The notes under the pieces: model-generated
Seen by the model: the letters and a program-made list of their open reading frames with translations, nothing else
Databases searched by the model: none
What the model was told of the DNA's origin: nothing
Origin: Lingula anatina
Lineage: Eukaryota; Animalia; Brachiopoda
Length of the DNA stretch: 64,000 nt
Reading direction: 5' to 3'
NCBI GenBank assembly: GCA_051362555.1
Contig: CM120643.1
Coordinates: 3,720,001 to 3,784,000 of the forward strand
Program-made: the position numbers and the translations under genes
Shown: positions 1-12,133 of the stretch, piece after piece
Numbering within the stretch: position 1 is the stretch's first letter
How the letters are laid out: each line of letters begins with the position of its first letter

Positions 1-38
1 GAGCTCTGTCACAGTAGTTGTTGTGTCTTTGACATCAA
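1..38 (-). CDS. Micro-exon gene, exon 5 (VDVKDTTTTVTEL...), runs off the window
   Basis: tttttccttcag acceptor, phase 1; D[IV]KDT start and upstream intron sequence are shared with exon 4. Confidence 0.7.
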
Positions 39-407
39 CTGAAGGAAAAAATGGAACACAAATTCAACATTCCATGCCCATGCACAACAAGGATTCAATA
101 CCATAGTCAAAGATGTATTCAAAGATTTAGATCACTGAACAGGGAATAAAAACACAATGTTTGTAAGGGGCGGGTCTTGAGAGATTTTCTGACAGTCTTG
201 CAAATTATATTTGTTGATCCATCCTCCATTGTGGACTGTCTTCTGACAAAAAATTAAATCCCCATCAATGTAAACTTCTAACCATCTTGCGGAAGACCCA
301 GAAGACAGCCTCAATTTGCTCCTGTTTGTGTCTGAAAGCCTGTTTGTGTGTGTGTAAATTTTTTAAGTGTGTTAAATGAACACCTGTTAAATTGACCTTA
401 CTGTCTT

Positions 408-421
408 CAGGGCCGTAGCCT

Positions 422-465
<44 letters not shown>

Positions 466-866
466 CTGCCCCCCCTGGGATTGGAGGTGCAAAAAAATAA
501 TCGCAAAGGTAAAAAAAAAATAATTGCAAAGTTGGTATCAATTCTGTGAGAAAATGCACTCATGACCACTAGACAATCATTCAACAATCTGTTTACAAAG
601 GTGTACTGTTTTTAGCCAACTCAGTTCATGCCAAAAAGCTATCCCTCCCTTGGGAGCTATCCCCCAGGCAAAATGAACCCACAATTTCTAACTTCTGATT
701 GAGCAATAAATAACAGTTAAAATGCACCAAAATTCAGTATTATACATAAAGTTTTTAAAAATTTTCCACACCGTGGGAGGGGTGACACACCCTCCCCCCT
801 TCGGGGCTTCGCCCCCTCGTGTCCGCTTACTGCCCCCCCTGGTATTTTGCTCAGGCTACGGCCCTG
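408..866. mobile_element. Non-autonomous DNA transposon (MITE), 13-bp TIR, 5-bp TSD; hAT5-like
   Basis: CAGGGCCGTAGCC at 408 and GGCTACGGCCCTG ending at 866; GTCTT direct repeat at 403-407 and 867-871; internal poly-G. Confidence 0.85.
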
Positions 867-873
867 GTCTTAC

Positions 874-927
874 CTCTCTCCTCGCTGCCCTCAGCATCTG
901 ACACACTCTTTGTGTCTTTGATATCAG
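874..927 (-). CDS. Micro-exon gene, exon 4 (ADIKDTKSVSDAEGSEER), 54 bp, symmetric phase 1
   Basis: tttctttag acceptor, GTAAGA donor, open frame; paralogous to exon 5. Confidence 0.75.
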
Positions 928-1207
928 CTAAAGAAAAAAAATGATATTTTAATATTTTATAATTTAAAAATACAAACTTAACATTCCATATCTGTGCATG
1001 TTCAAAAAAGATTCAGTAGGCCCATTACACTTTGATGAAGACACATTCAAAGATTTAACTAACTTAAAAATAAATAAATTATCTTCATAAGTATGCTAAA
1101 AAATAGACTTTGTGAGCAACACGCTTGTGGTGTGTATGTGCATGTGTATGTGTGTTTGTTAGTGTATGTGTGTGTGCAAGTATATTAAAATTCATAATGA
1201 TATTATT

Positions 1208-1396
1208 GGACAAAGAAAAAGAGGAAGGCCAGTCAAACGATGGAGGGATGAATTAGATGACTACTGGAAGTCTTGGAAGAAGAAACCTTGGCCAAACTGG
1301 AAATCTGAGGCTCAGGATAGGAAACAATGGAAAAAGCATGCTGAGGCCTTTGTCCAACAGTGGAACACTATAGGCTCTAAATGATGATGATGATGA
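1208..1396 (+). mobile_element. 3' fragment of an RTE-clade LINE
   Basis: KRKRGRPVKRWRDEL...AQDRKQWKK...FVQQW is a typical RTE ORF C-terminus; the stop is followed by an (ATG)n tail. Confidence 0.8.
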
Positions 1397-1428
1397 ATGT
1401 TATTATTTTACTATGATTCCAGCCTTAC

Positions 1429-1488
1429 CTAATTCCTCAATGCTTTGGGTCTTAACAATTGCTACATTATTCTCTTCTTTGGTATCAC
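1429..1488 (-). CDS. Micro-exon gene, exon 3 (RDTKEENNVAIVKTQSIEEL), 60 bp, symmetric phase 1
   Basis: ttctttcag acceptor, GTAAGG donor, open frame. Confidence 0.75.
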
Positions 1489-1908
1489 CTGAAAGAACAG
1501 AATTGAATTTTAAGTAATACCATTTATGTGAGTATGTTGAAGTATGTTGGAGACAGAGAGAAGCGTGTTAGTCTGTTAATCTGATTGTATTCAGTGAGAG
1601 TTTCCATGGAGTTAGTGCACATTAGCTAGGTCTCCAAATTCATTGCCAACAGCCCCTGAGGGTCCAGACTTGCACCCTGTGAGTCAGGGTGTTGTTGTTA
1701 TTTTATTTCATGAATCCTTCCTAAAAGATAAAAAATGCATCAAGTTGATTGAATAGAGCAATGGTGTGGACTTACCACTTGTGTGGACTTCAGGCTTGTA
1801 CATGTAGTCCCACTCTGGAATAAGATGGCACATTTATTTTTGTAAAAAAAAAGGTCTCATACTTACATTTTGTGGCTTAATGAATTTCCATTCTATATTT
1901 GAGCCCTT

Positions 1909-2014
1909 GGGCAGGAGAAACTCTGCCCTGAGGGATGGGACCCCCATATCAGTGAACCTTGACAGGTTCACACCTTTCTGGGGGTCCCATCCCCCGAGGG
2001 CAGTTCCCCTGCCC
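1909..2014. other. GC-rich ~106-bp imperfect hairpin in intron 2 (tiny MITE or structured RNA)
   Basis: Nested inverted pairs GGGCAGG/CCTGCCC, CTGCCCT/AGGGCAG, GGGATGGGACCCCC/GGGGGTCCCATCCC, GTGAACCT/AGGTTCAC with a 4-nt loop. Confidence 0.75.
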
Positions 2015-2321
2015 ACCACTTTGGCCTTTAAATAGTTGTTGGTTAAGAAAACTCTTACAGTGGCCTTGGCTGTTCAGAGTAAAAAGTAAAATAGAAAGAA
2101 ATACATGTACTATCAATATATCGTTTTTAATATTTACATTACAGACACTCAAACTGACCACTTAATTAATGTAAATAAAGAATATGATATCGTACTTTCT
2201 TATTATGAACAAATTAATTTTTTAAAATTTATATAACAACAAAAAATTGCAAGAGTAGTTTTAGGCCCGTTGTATTATAAAACACATACAGTCTGATTAT
2301 ACAAACACGCACACAACTTAC

Positions 2322-2370
2322 GAGCACACTGTTCTTCTTTCTTTATTTCATTTTCCATATCAGCTATCAT
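2322..2370 (-). CDS. Micro-exon gene, exon 2 (MIADMENEIKKEEQCA), 49 bp
   Basis: ttgcag acceptor, GTAAGT donor, phase 0 to 1, no stop codon. Confidence 0.7.
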
Positions 2371-2625
2371 CTGCAATATGTACAATAAATAAAAGAAATC
2401 ATGTTAACGGGATACATAGAATTCTGTATCTTTATTTGGTAGTTTGTGGTGTAAACTACATTTGTACTATTACCAGAATGATCAGCAAATCGTCATGTGA
2501 CAAGAAATTTTTAAGAATATTAATTAATCACATAAAAAATCATGAACGACGGATAAAAAGGCGCTGTGTGGGCTTACATTGAACTTGCTACAGAATTTCA
2601 GTTTTGAATAAAAAATAAAACTTAC

Positions 2626-2643
2626 CAGCGACTGTGTAGACAT
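2626..2643 (-). CDS. Micro-exon gene, first coding exon (MSTQSL)
   Basis: ATG TCT ACA CAG TCG CTG followed by a GTAAGT donor; phase 0, joins in frame to the exon at 2322-2370. Confidence 0.6.
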
Positions 2644-2699
2644 TGTCTCTTTGCTTTGTTTACTAAAACAATAAACAGGAATAATTATTGTATAAAAGA

Positions 2700-3025
2700 A
2701 TTTCATTGGACGGTTCCTGTATTGTTTCCTTAACTTTAAACCAATCAGATTGACACTTCGTTGAAGCTCTCGACCTTGAGTCTTTCTACTAAATAGAAAT
2801 CACAATATATCGTAATATATATCACAGTGCCTGGATCCTGGTCATATCTGTTACGGTTCCAGAAATCTCTCCCTCCTCGCACGAGTTTCTTAGAAAGCAG
2901 GCGGTGAACCTGTTGCTGATACTGGCCGCAGTCCTTTACAAATCCTAAGTCTCACCTCTTGCATAGCGCCCTCTATACTAAACAATTTTTATATGGCGTA
3001 GACTAGGCAAAGAGTGACGTTGAAA
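2700..3025. promoter_or_regulatory. Putative promoter / 5' region of the micro-exon gene
   Basis: CCAAT boxes on both strands (2705-2709, 2741-2745), CTCF-like TAGAGGGCGCTA on the minus strand (2964-2975), TGACGT half-CRE, local CpG enrichment. Confidence 0.35.
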
Positions 3026-3733
3026 ACTCGGAATTTTCATCAAACGTTCTGCACACAGAGTTTCACCATACATCAGGACACTTTTCTTAGATGGTTTTGT
3101 TATAGATTCTATTGACAAACTTAATCGGTGAATTCAGGATGAGACATCTAAAGTGACGGATACATATGGTATCGACTGTGTCAGTTGTTCACTGTTCACA
3201 TCACGATGCAATGTGCTGGTGAAGATTTTACAATGTGCTGCAGAACCTTGACGCTGCAGATTAAAAGTGTTTTTGGAGAACTGACACGATTGCAAGCCGT
3301 CATCTACTTCAACTTTTCCATTCTCGTTTCTTCTGTAATTACCCAATGGCTTATGAAGGTGAGATAATTAATTGGAGAACTGACGTTATGCCTTCTAATA
3401 TAATTTATAAGTGGGACTTCTCCTTTTTGCTATGGAGTCGTGTCGAAATAGTAATATATGAACTGAACTATGAGTAACACAAACCCCCCATGGAGTGTCC
3501 ACTTACGTGTACTAGCACTACCATCCTGAGTTTCAGAAAGCACCATAAACCCACCTCTTTATTATCATTACTGGTACAGTGTATGCTTCAGCCTTGACTC
3601 ACAACAATACTTTATTTGGTTAATTTTTTTTATAAAATATTTCTTTGCAGATTATTTGATGTAATTTTAATATTCTGGATCTTGAGGAAAAACCCTGGTC
3701 ATTGACTTTTTTGTCTTTTCCAGTCCATCATCT

Positions 3734-4427
3734 GACTCCACACACACTGTACTACTATGTACTAGGAGGCACAGGACTATACTGCCACAGTGGAACACAA
3801 TGACTCCAGACTACTACACTGTACTAGGAGACACAGGACTATACTGCCACAATGGAACACAATGACTCCAGACTACCACACTGTACTAGGAGACACAGGA
3901 CTATACTGCCACAATGGAACACAATGACTCCAGACTACTACACTGTACTAGAAGGCACAGGACTATACTGCCACAATGGAACACAATGACTCCAGACTAC
4001 TACACTGTACTAGGAGGCACAGGACTATACTGCCACAATGGAACACAATGACTCCAGACTACTACACTGTACTAGGAGACAGGACTATACTGCCACAATG
4101 GAACACAATGACTCCAGACTACTACACTGTACTAGGAGGCACAGGACTATACTGCCACAATGGAATACTGACTCCAAACTAAAACGCTGCACTAGGAGGC
4201 ACAAGACTATACTGCCACAATGGAACACAATGACTCCAGACTAACTACACTGTACTAGGAGGCACAGGACTATACTGCCACAATGGAACACAATGACTCC
4301 AGACTACTACACTGTACTAGGAGGCACAGGACTATACTGCCACAATGGAACACAATGACTCTAGACTACTACACTGTACTAGGAGACACGGGACTATACT
4401 AAAAAAAAAACACAATGACTCCAGACT
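3734..4427. repeat. 62-bp minisatellite, about 11 copies
   Basis: Unit cactgtactaggaggcacaggactatactgccacaatggaacacaatgactccagactacta repeated head to tail. Confidence 0.95.
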
Positions 4428-4743
4428 TATTTTCAAGAATGTCAGATAACAATAGAGTTTCATAAATCGTCATAAGTAGATTGCATTGTCTTCTAGATTT
4501 TTACATATTTCAGTGAGTTTTTGAATCTGTAATGCTGCTTAATTACAGCCTTTCAGCAAGTTTTCATCTTGTTCAATGTTATACCTGATATTTGAGTGGT
4601 TTTGTGTTGCTACTGATGTAAGAATTTTTATATAAATCTTTCGGATATTTTATTGCTTTGTCAAAGAAATTGAAGGAACAGTTTTTAAGACACTTGAAAA
4701 TAAAGTAGATTGTTTTAAAGATGTATTTTTTATTGTCTTCCTG

Positions 4744-4860
4744 TGGATCACACATGTCCTCGATATAAGTTTGTATGTGATAATGGCTGCTTTATCAACT
4801 TATCATGAAGATGTGACCAGGACAATGACTGTAGAGATAACAGTGATGAGGAAGGGTGTA
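4744..4860 (+). pseudogene. Isolated, disabled LDL-receptor class A (LDLa) domain exon
   Basis: [37 protein letters not shown] matches the LDLa consensus (C..F.C.NG.CI...W.CD...DC.D.SDE..C); W codon is TGA; 117-bp phase 1-1 exon with intact GTAAGT donor but acceptor reading cctg. Confidence 0.85.
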
Positions 4861-5318
4861 GTAAGTATTGCTTAGAATGAAGATGGATATCAAAGAAATG
4901 GGTTGTCAGGTAGTGCACTGGGTAATGGCCTTCATAAAGCTGTAAAGATTGCTTGTCAATTTAACACACACATGTATTGAGAGACAGGTAATGGCTTCAT
5001 TTTATGCAGAAAATTAAAATTTCTGTGTTAGAAAATAAGATATAAATTATGTTCCAGCTTTTAAATTACAGATATTATTCCATTTCAAAAATTGTTGCAC
5101 AGCTGATTCATATACTGCTATTGAAAAAGTTGTATATAGTCACCTGTTGTAAATTCCAACATATATTTAAATTATTGTTAAGCATCATTTCTACAAATTT
5201 TAGAAACATTGGACAAGATTTGACAAAATTATTTACATTTAACTATTTTATGTCGTGGTATTTGCCAGCGTTTTCTATGTTATTTTCAGTTTTTTCAGTT
5301 ATATTGTTCTTTTTCCAG

Positions 5319-5547
5319 AGTACCTTTACCATGAAGATGCAGGCAGTGAAAGACAGCACCAAGAGCAGCACTATGTCTTATCCATGTGTACAATACATGA
5401 TATGTGGCATGATTTAGGACATTGTCAAATGTTGTGATAACAGCAACCCATTCCAGAAACCCATTGTAAGGAGTAATCTGCATCTGGCATTGATAGTAAG
5501 GAGAAGTCTTGTATGGGTATATATTGTTTTCCAGATAACAGTTATAG
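5319..5547 (+). pseudogene. First copy of the array cassette: putative fossil P-element/THAP9-type transposase exon
   Basis: ttttccag acceptor; EYLYHEDAG...EQHYVLSMC...MWQDLG (MWHDLG in this copy)...FQIT aligns with the relic at 55315-55560 (EHLHLTQLCK / MWQVLG / FLQIADKF) and loosely with the P-transposase LY.eD...EHi.Lt..skM.V..A.QVL motif; stops in all frames. Confidence 0.5.
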
Positions 5548-8500
5548 GTAATTTGCAACCTCCTACACAAACAACCTCAAATCATCACATTTGCTATTTT
5601 ATTTTATAATCACATTGCAAAATTATTAACATTTAACTATTTTAAGCCATGGAATTTGCCAGATTTTTCAGTGTAATTTTCAGTTTTTTCAAGGATATTG
5701 TCGAAAGAAGATACTTTTCATTAGACACAGTTATTTGATCAGCTTATCACAGGTTTTTATTGTTGTTAAGCATCATTTGAACAAATTTCAGAAACACTGG
5801 ACTAGATTTGACAAAATTATTAACGTTTAACTATTTGAAGTCCTTGGATTTGCCAGTCTTTTCAATGTAAATTTCATTTTTCCCAAATATGTTGTCCCAA
5901 AAAACACTTTTTATTAAATACAGTCAACAAATCATCTAATCACAGATTTTTATTGTTGTTAAGCATCATTTGTACAAATTTCAGAAATATTGGACAACAT
6001 TTGACAAAACTTTTAACGTTTAACTATTTTATGTCGTGGAATTCGCCAGCATTTTCTATGTTATTTTCAGTTTTTTCAGTTATATTGTTCTTTTTCCAGA
6101 GTACCTTTACCATGAAGATGCAGGCAGCGAAAGACAGCACCAAGAGCAGCACTATGTCTTATCCATGTGTACAATACATGATATGTGGCATGATTTAGGA
6201 CATTGTCAAATGTTGTGATAACAGCAACCCATTCCAGAAACCCATTGTAAGGAGTAATCTGCATCTGGCATTGATAGTAAGGAGAAGTCTTGTATGGGTA
6301 TATATTGTTTTCCAGATAACAGTTATAGGTAATTTGCAACCTCCTACACAAACAACCTCAAATCATCACATTTGCTATTTTATTTTATAATCACATTGCA
6401 AAATTATTAACATTTAACTATTTTAAGCCATGGAATTTGCCAGATTTTTCAGTGTAATTTTCAGTTTTTTCAAGGATATTGTCGAAAGAAGATACTTTTC
6501 ATTAGACACAGTTATTTGATCAGCTTATCACAGGTTTTTATTGTTGTTAAGCATCATTTGAACAAATTTCAGAAACACTGGACTAGATTTGACAAAATTA
6601 TTAACGTTTAACTATTTGAAGTCCTTGGATTTGCCAGTCTTTTCAATGTAAATTTCATTTTTCCCAAATATGTTGTCCCAAAAAACACTTTTCATTAGAT
6701 ACAGTCAACAGATCATCTAATCACAGATTTTAATTATTGTTAAGCATCATTGGTACAAATTTCAGAAACATTGGACAAGATTTGAAAATTTTATTAACGT
6801 TTAACTATTTTAAGTCATGAGATTTGCTAGTGTTTTCAACGTAAATTTCAGTTTTCCCAAATATGTTATCCCTAAAAACACTTTTTATTAAATACAGTCA
6901 ACAAATCATATAATCACAGATTTTTATTGTTGTTAAGCATCATTTGTACAAATTTCAGAAATATTGGACAAGATTTGAAAAAATTATTAACGTTTAACTA
7001 TTTCATGTCGTGGAATTTGCCAGTGTTTTGTATGTTATTTTCAGTTTTTTCAGTTATATTGTTCTTTTTCCAGAGTACCTTTACCATGAATTCGAAGATG
7101 CAGGCAGCGAAAGACAGCACCAAGAGCAGCACTATGTCTTATCCATGTGTACAATACATGATATATGGCAAGATTTAGGACATTGTCAAATGTTGTGATA
7201 ACAGCAACCCATTCCAGAAACCCATTGTAAGGAGTAATCTGCATCTGGCATTGATAGTAAGGAGAAGTCTTCTATGGATATATATTATTTTCCAGATAAC
7301 AGTTATAGGTAATTTGCAAACTCCTACACAAACAACCTCAAATCATCACATTTGCTATTTTATTTCATAATCACATTGCAAAATTATTAACATTTAACTA
7401 TTTTAAGCCATGGAATTTGCCAGATTTTTCAGTGTAATTTTCAGTTTTTTTAAGGATATTGTCGAAAGAAGATACTTTTCATTAGACACAGTCATTTGAT
7501 CAGCTTATCACAGGTTTTTATTGTTGTTAAGCATCATTTGTACAAATTTCAGAAACACTGGACTAGATTTGACAAAATTATTAATGTTTAACTATTTGAA
7601 GTCCTTGGATTTGCCAGTCTTTTCAATGTTAATTTCAGTTGTCCTAAATTAATTGTCCCAAAAAACACTTTTCATTAGATACAGTCAACAGATCATCTAA
7701 TCACAGATTTTTATTGTTGTTAAGCATCATTTGTACAAATTTCAGAAATATTACACAAGATTTGACAAAATTATTAACGTTTAACTATTTGAAGTCCTTG
7801 GATTTGCCAGTCTTTTCAATGTAAATTTCATTTTTCCCAAATATGTTGTCCTAAAAAACACTTTTCATTAGATACAGTCAACAGATCATCTAATCACAGA
7901 TTTTAATTATTGTTAAGCATCATTTGTACAAATTTCAGAAATATTGGACAAGATTTGAAAATTTTATTAACGTTTAACTATTTTAAGTCATGAAATTTGC
8001 CAGTGTTTTCAACGTAAATTTCAGTTTTCCCAAATATGTTGTCCCAAAAAACACTTTTCATTAAATACAGTCAACAAATCATCTAATCACAGATTTTTAT
8101 TGTTGTTAAGCATCATTTGTACAAATTTCAGAAATATTGGACAAGATTTGAAAAAATTATTAACGTTTAACTATTTTATGTTGTGGAATTTGCCAGTGTT
8201 TTCTATGTTATTTTCAGTTTTTTCAGTTATATTGTTCTTTTTCCAGAGTACCTTTACCATGAAGATGCAGGCAGCGAAAGACAGCACCAAGAGCAGCACT
8301 ATGTCTTATCCATGTGTACAATACATGATATGTGGCAAGATTTAGGACATTGTCAAATGTTGTGATAACAGCAACCCATTCCAGAAACCCATTGTAAGGA
8401 GTAATCTGCATCTGGCATTGATAGTAAGGAGAAGTCTTCTATGGATATATATTGTTTTCCAGATAACAGTTATAGGTAATTTGCAAACTCCTACACAAAC

Positions 8501-10421
8501 AACCTCAAATCATCACATTTGCTATTTTATTTCATAATCGCATTGCAAAATTATTAACATTTAACTATTTTAAGCCATGGAATTTGCCAGATTTTTCAGT
8601 GTAATTTTCAGTTTTTTTCAAGGATATTGTCGAAAGAAGATACTTTTCATTAGACACAGTCATTTGATCAGCTTATCACAGGTTTTTATTGTTGTTTAGC
8701 ATCATTTGTACAAATTTCAGAAACACTGGACTAGATTTGACAAAATTATTAACGTTTAACTATTTGAAGTCTTTGGATTTGCCAGATCTTTTCAATGTAA
8801 ATTTCATTTTTCCCAAATATGTTGTCCCAAAAAACACTTTTCATTAGATACAGTCATCAGATCATCTAATCACAGATTTTTATGATTGTTAAGCATCATT
8901 GGTACAAATTTCAGAAATATTGGACAAGATTTGAAAATTTTATTAACGTTTAACTATTTTAAGTCATGAGATTTGCCAGTGTTTTCAACGTAAATTTCAG
9001 TTTTCCCAAATATGTTGTCCCAAAAAACACTTTTCATTAAATACAGTCAACAGATCATCTAATCACAGATTTTTATTGTTGTTAAGCATCATTTGTACAA
9101 ATTTCAGAAATATTGGACAAGATTTGAAAAAATTATTAACGTTTAACTATTTTATGTCGTGGAATTTGCCAGCGTTTTCTATGTTATTTTCAGTTTTTTC
9201 AGTTATATTGTTCTTTTTCCAGAGTACCTTTACCATGAAGATGCAGGCAGCAAAAGACAGCACCAAGAGCAGCACTATGTCTTATCCATGTGTACAATAC
9301 ATGATATGTGGCATGATTTAGGACATTGTCAAATGTTGTGATAACAGCAACCCATTCCAGAAACCCATTGTAAGGAGTAATCTGCATCTGGCATTGATAG
9401 TAAGGAGAAGTCTTCTATGGATATATATTGTTTTCCAGATAACAGTTATAGGTAATTTGCAAACTCCTACACAAACAACCTCAAATCATCACATTTGCTA
9501 TTTTATTTTATAATCACATTGCAAAATTATTAACATTTAACTATTTTAAGGCATGGAATTTGCCAGATTTTTCAGTGTAATTTTCAGTTTTTTTCAAGGA
9601 TATTGTCGAAAGAAGATACTTTTCATTAGACACAGTCATTTGATCAGCTTATCACAGGTTTTTATTGTTGTTTAGCATCATTTGTACAAATTTCAGAAAC
9701 ACTGGACTAGATTTGACAAAATTATTAACGTTTAACTATTTGAAGTCCTTGGATTTGCCAGATCTTTTCAATGTAAATTTCATTTTTCCCAAATATGTTG
9801 TCCCAAAAAACACTTTTCATTAGATACAGTCATCAGATCATCTAATCACAGATTTTTATGATTGTTAAGCATCATTGGTACAAATTTCAGAAATATTGGA
9901 CAAGATTTGAAAATTTTATTAACGTTTAACTATTTTAAGTCATGAGATTTGCCAGTGTTTTCAACGTAAATTTCAGTTTTCCCAAATATGTTGTCCCAAA
10001 AAACACTTTTCATTAAATACAGTCAACAGATCATCTAATCACAGATTTTTATTGTTGTTAAGCATCATTTGTACAAATTTCAGAAATATTGGACAAGATT
10101 TGAAAAAATTATTAACGTTTAACTATTTTATGTCGTGGAATTTGCCAGCGTTTTCTATGTTATTTTCAGTTTTTTCAGTTATATTGTTCTTTTTCCAGAG
10201 TACCTTTACCATGAAGATGCAGGCAGCAAAAGACAGCACCAAGAGCAGCACTATGTCTTATCCATGTGTACAATACATGATATGTGGCATGATTTAGGAC
10301 ATTGTCAAATGTTGTGATAACAGCAACCCATTCCAGAAACCCATTGTAAGGAGTAATCTGCATCTGGCATTGATAGTAAGGAGAAGTCTTCTATGGATAT
10401 ATATTGTTTTCCAGATAACAG

Positions 10422-11578
10422 ATACTGGAACTCAGTGTGATATACCTCCTCCCCAATCACCAACAACAAACTGTGGAGTACAATGCATCATAGATGTGAC
10501 AGATAATTGCACCTCGCCACAAGCACCTGCAGAGATGCCTCTCCCAAACAATGGACCAGGTAACAAGGAGTCACAGATATCAGAAACTACAGGTAACCTA
10601 TTGATGAAGCCCACCCCTCTACCTGTGCTAACCAGCATCAAACTAAATCACGTAGAGACCAGCAACATGACATGTTCACCTGTGTCCACGATACAGGTGG
10701 GAGAAGAGGATCCCCTACCATCCTCTACTAACACCATACCCTCTAGTGGAGCTGCACAAAACAAATCTTTCCCACCCAAGGGTAAAGTAACTGAGACTTT
10801 GGATGTACAACCTCAAATCACCACAACCCCCACAAACAGTGATGGCACTAGTATCCAATACCCTTTGAACACTGAAAAAGGCCCTGGACATACAAGATGG
10901 AATATTAAAATCAACACAGGACCCCTTGATAATGCAATAGTATCTAGCTCAATTGGAAAGGGACTCAATGCTAACAAAATTTTCCCTGGGACCAATAGCC
11001 ATTGTTTTGCTTTGAGTGGTGGACAAATATCAGATGCAAAGGCAGTGATCGAGGAGAGCAACTGGGGCAGTCCAAAAACCATTTCTCTTATAATTGGATC
11101 AAACAACATCCAAAAACAACAACCACGTGAAACTTGTGACGAATTGAAGAGCTTGATTACAAGTGTTAAGCAGAAATATCCTGACACTGAAATTATAGTC
11201 AGCAACATACTACCTCGGTGGGGTAACTGGTCATTCAACAAAAAAGCTCAGGAAACAAACACTCTCACCCAAAGATATTGTCAATCATTGGAAAATGTTA
11301 CCTACATCCAGAACACTGACATCACTGACAAGCGGTGGCTATTTAGCCATGATGGAATTCACCTGAACTTTAAAGGGACAATATCGCTTGCTCGCAACAT
11401 CAAACAAGCTGCCAGACACACACCTCGCCGTACCTTTCCTGCCCATCATGTACACCAACATCGGCGTAACAATGACATTCATCAGCCACAGCCAGTGCCA
11501 CAGAAGGATAGCAATATTGGTAACGAACTTAAAATGCTGAGAGACTGCTTAATCAAACTAGAGCATAAGCTAAGGTAA
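10422..11578 (+). CDS. LINE ORF1 (5'-truncated) with SGNH/GDSL esterase domain
   Basis: P/S/T-rich linker, then IVSSSIG (block I variant), SGG (block II), IGSNN (block III), DGIHLN (block V); the first ~17 codons of the called ORF (10370) come from the host repeat. Confidence 0.85.
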
Positions 11579-12133
11579 TTCTTTTCCAAAGCTAGTTATA
11601 TGATCACTCACAAGTACAGTAAAGAACTACAAATATCCAGTGGATGCCATATGTAAGTAATAGTCATTATTAGTATTCATTACTTTGAAAGAAAGACTAA
11701 TAGTCACAACCTATAAAATGAAAGAGTTATAAGTTATTGCAAACATTCTCACTATAGCTTACTACTTATATTCTAAATATACACACAATGGTTATGTTTA
11801 CTAATTACTTTCCTACTGAAAATAATATAAGGAAAGTGTCTGTAAAAATCACTACATATAATCCATAAGTCAGATGAGGATGTATTGATTTTAATTAAGA
11901 TGAAGCTGAACTTTTTTTTTTTTTTTTTTTTTTAAATTGAAAGCTTTAAGTGACCAACTAAATGCTTTAAGTAAATACTGAAAACTACTACTAGTAAGTG
12001 AATATCAACAAAAAGAAAAAGAAGATTTTCTCCCTGATTAATTACTAGTATAACACTGAGTAAGTTCATTGAAGTAGTGTGGATAGGTCTTTTTGTATGT
12101 TTTTTAAAGAGATATCAATAATTACAGAGAAAC

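Noticed and set aside
265-587. Poly-proline ORFs (also 43816-44010)
   Set aside because: Translations of poly-G runs; run length may also be a sequencing artefact
1867-1892. Extra 26-bp micro-exon on the minus strand (tag|AATGG...AAAT|gtaagt)
   Set aside because: Weak pyrimidine tract, and it would shift the frame of the downstream exons
3734-4427. CRISPR-like array (also considered for 60909-63660)
   Set aside because: Head-to-tail repeats with no unique spacers, no cas genes, eukaryotic context
4805-4808. In-frame TGA in the LDLa exon as selenocysteine or readthrough
   Set aside because: It replaces a conserved Trp (TGG>TGA), and the exon has other disabling lesions
5535-5547. 13-bp micro-exon (ccag|ATAACAGTTATAG|gtaatt) and a Dscam-like array of alternative exons
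   Set aside because: The cassette has stops in all three frames and copies are nearly identical rather than diversified; the internal splice-like motifs also match the transposase relic at ~55.5 kb
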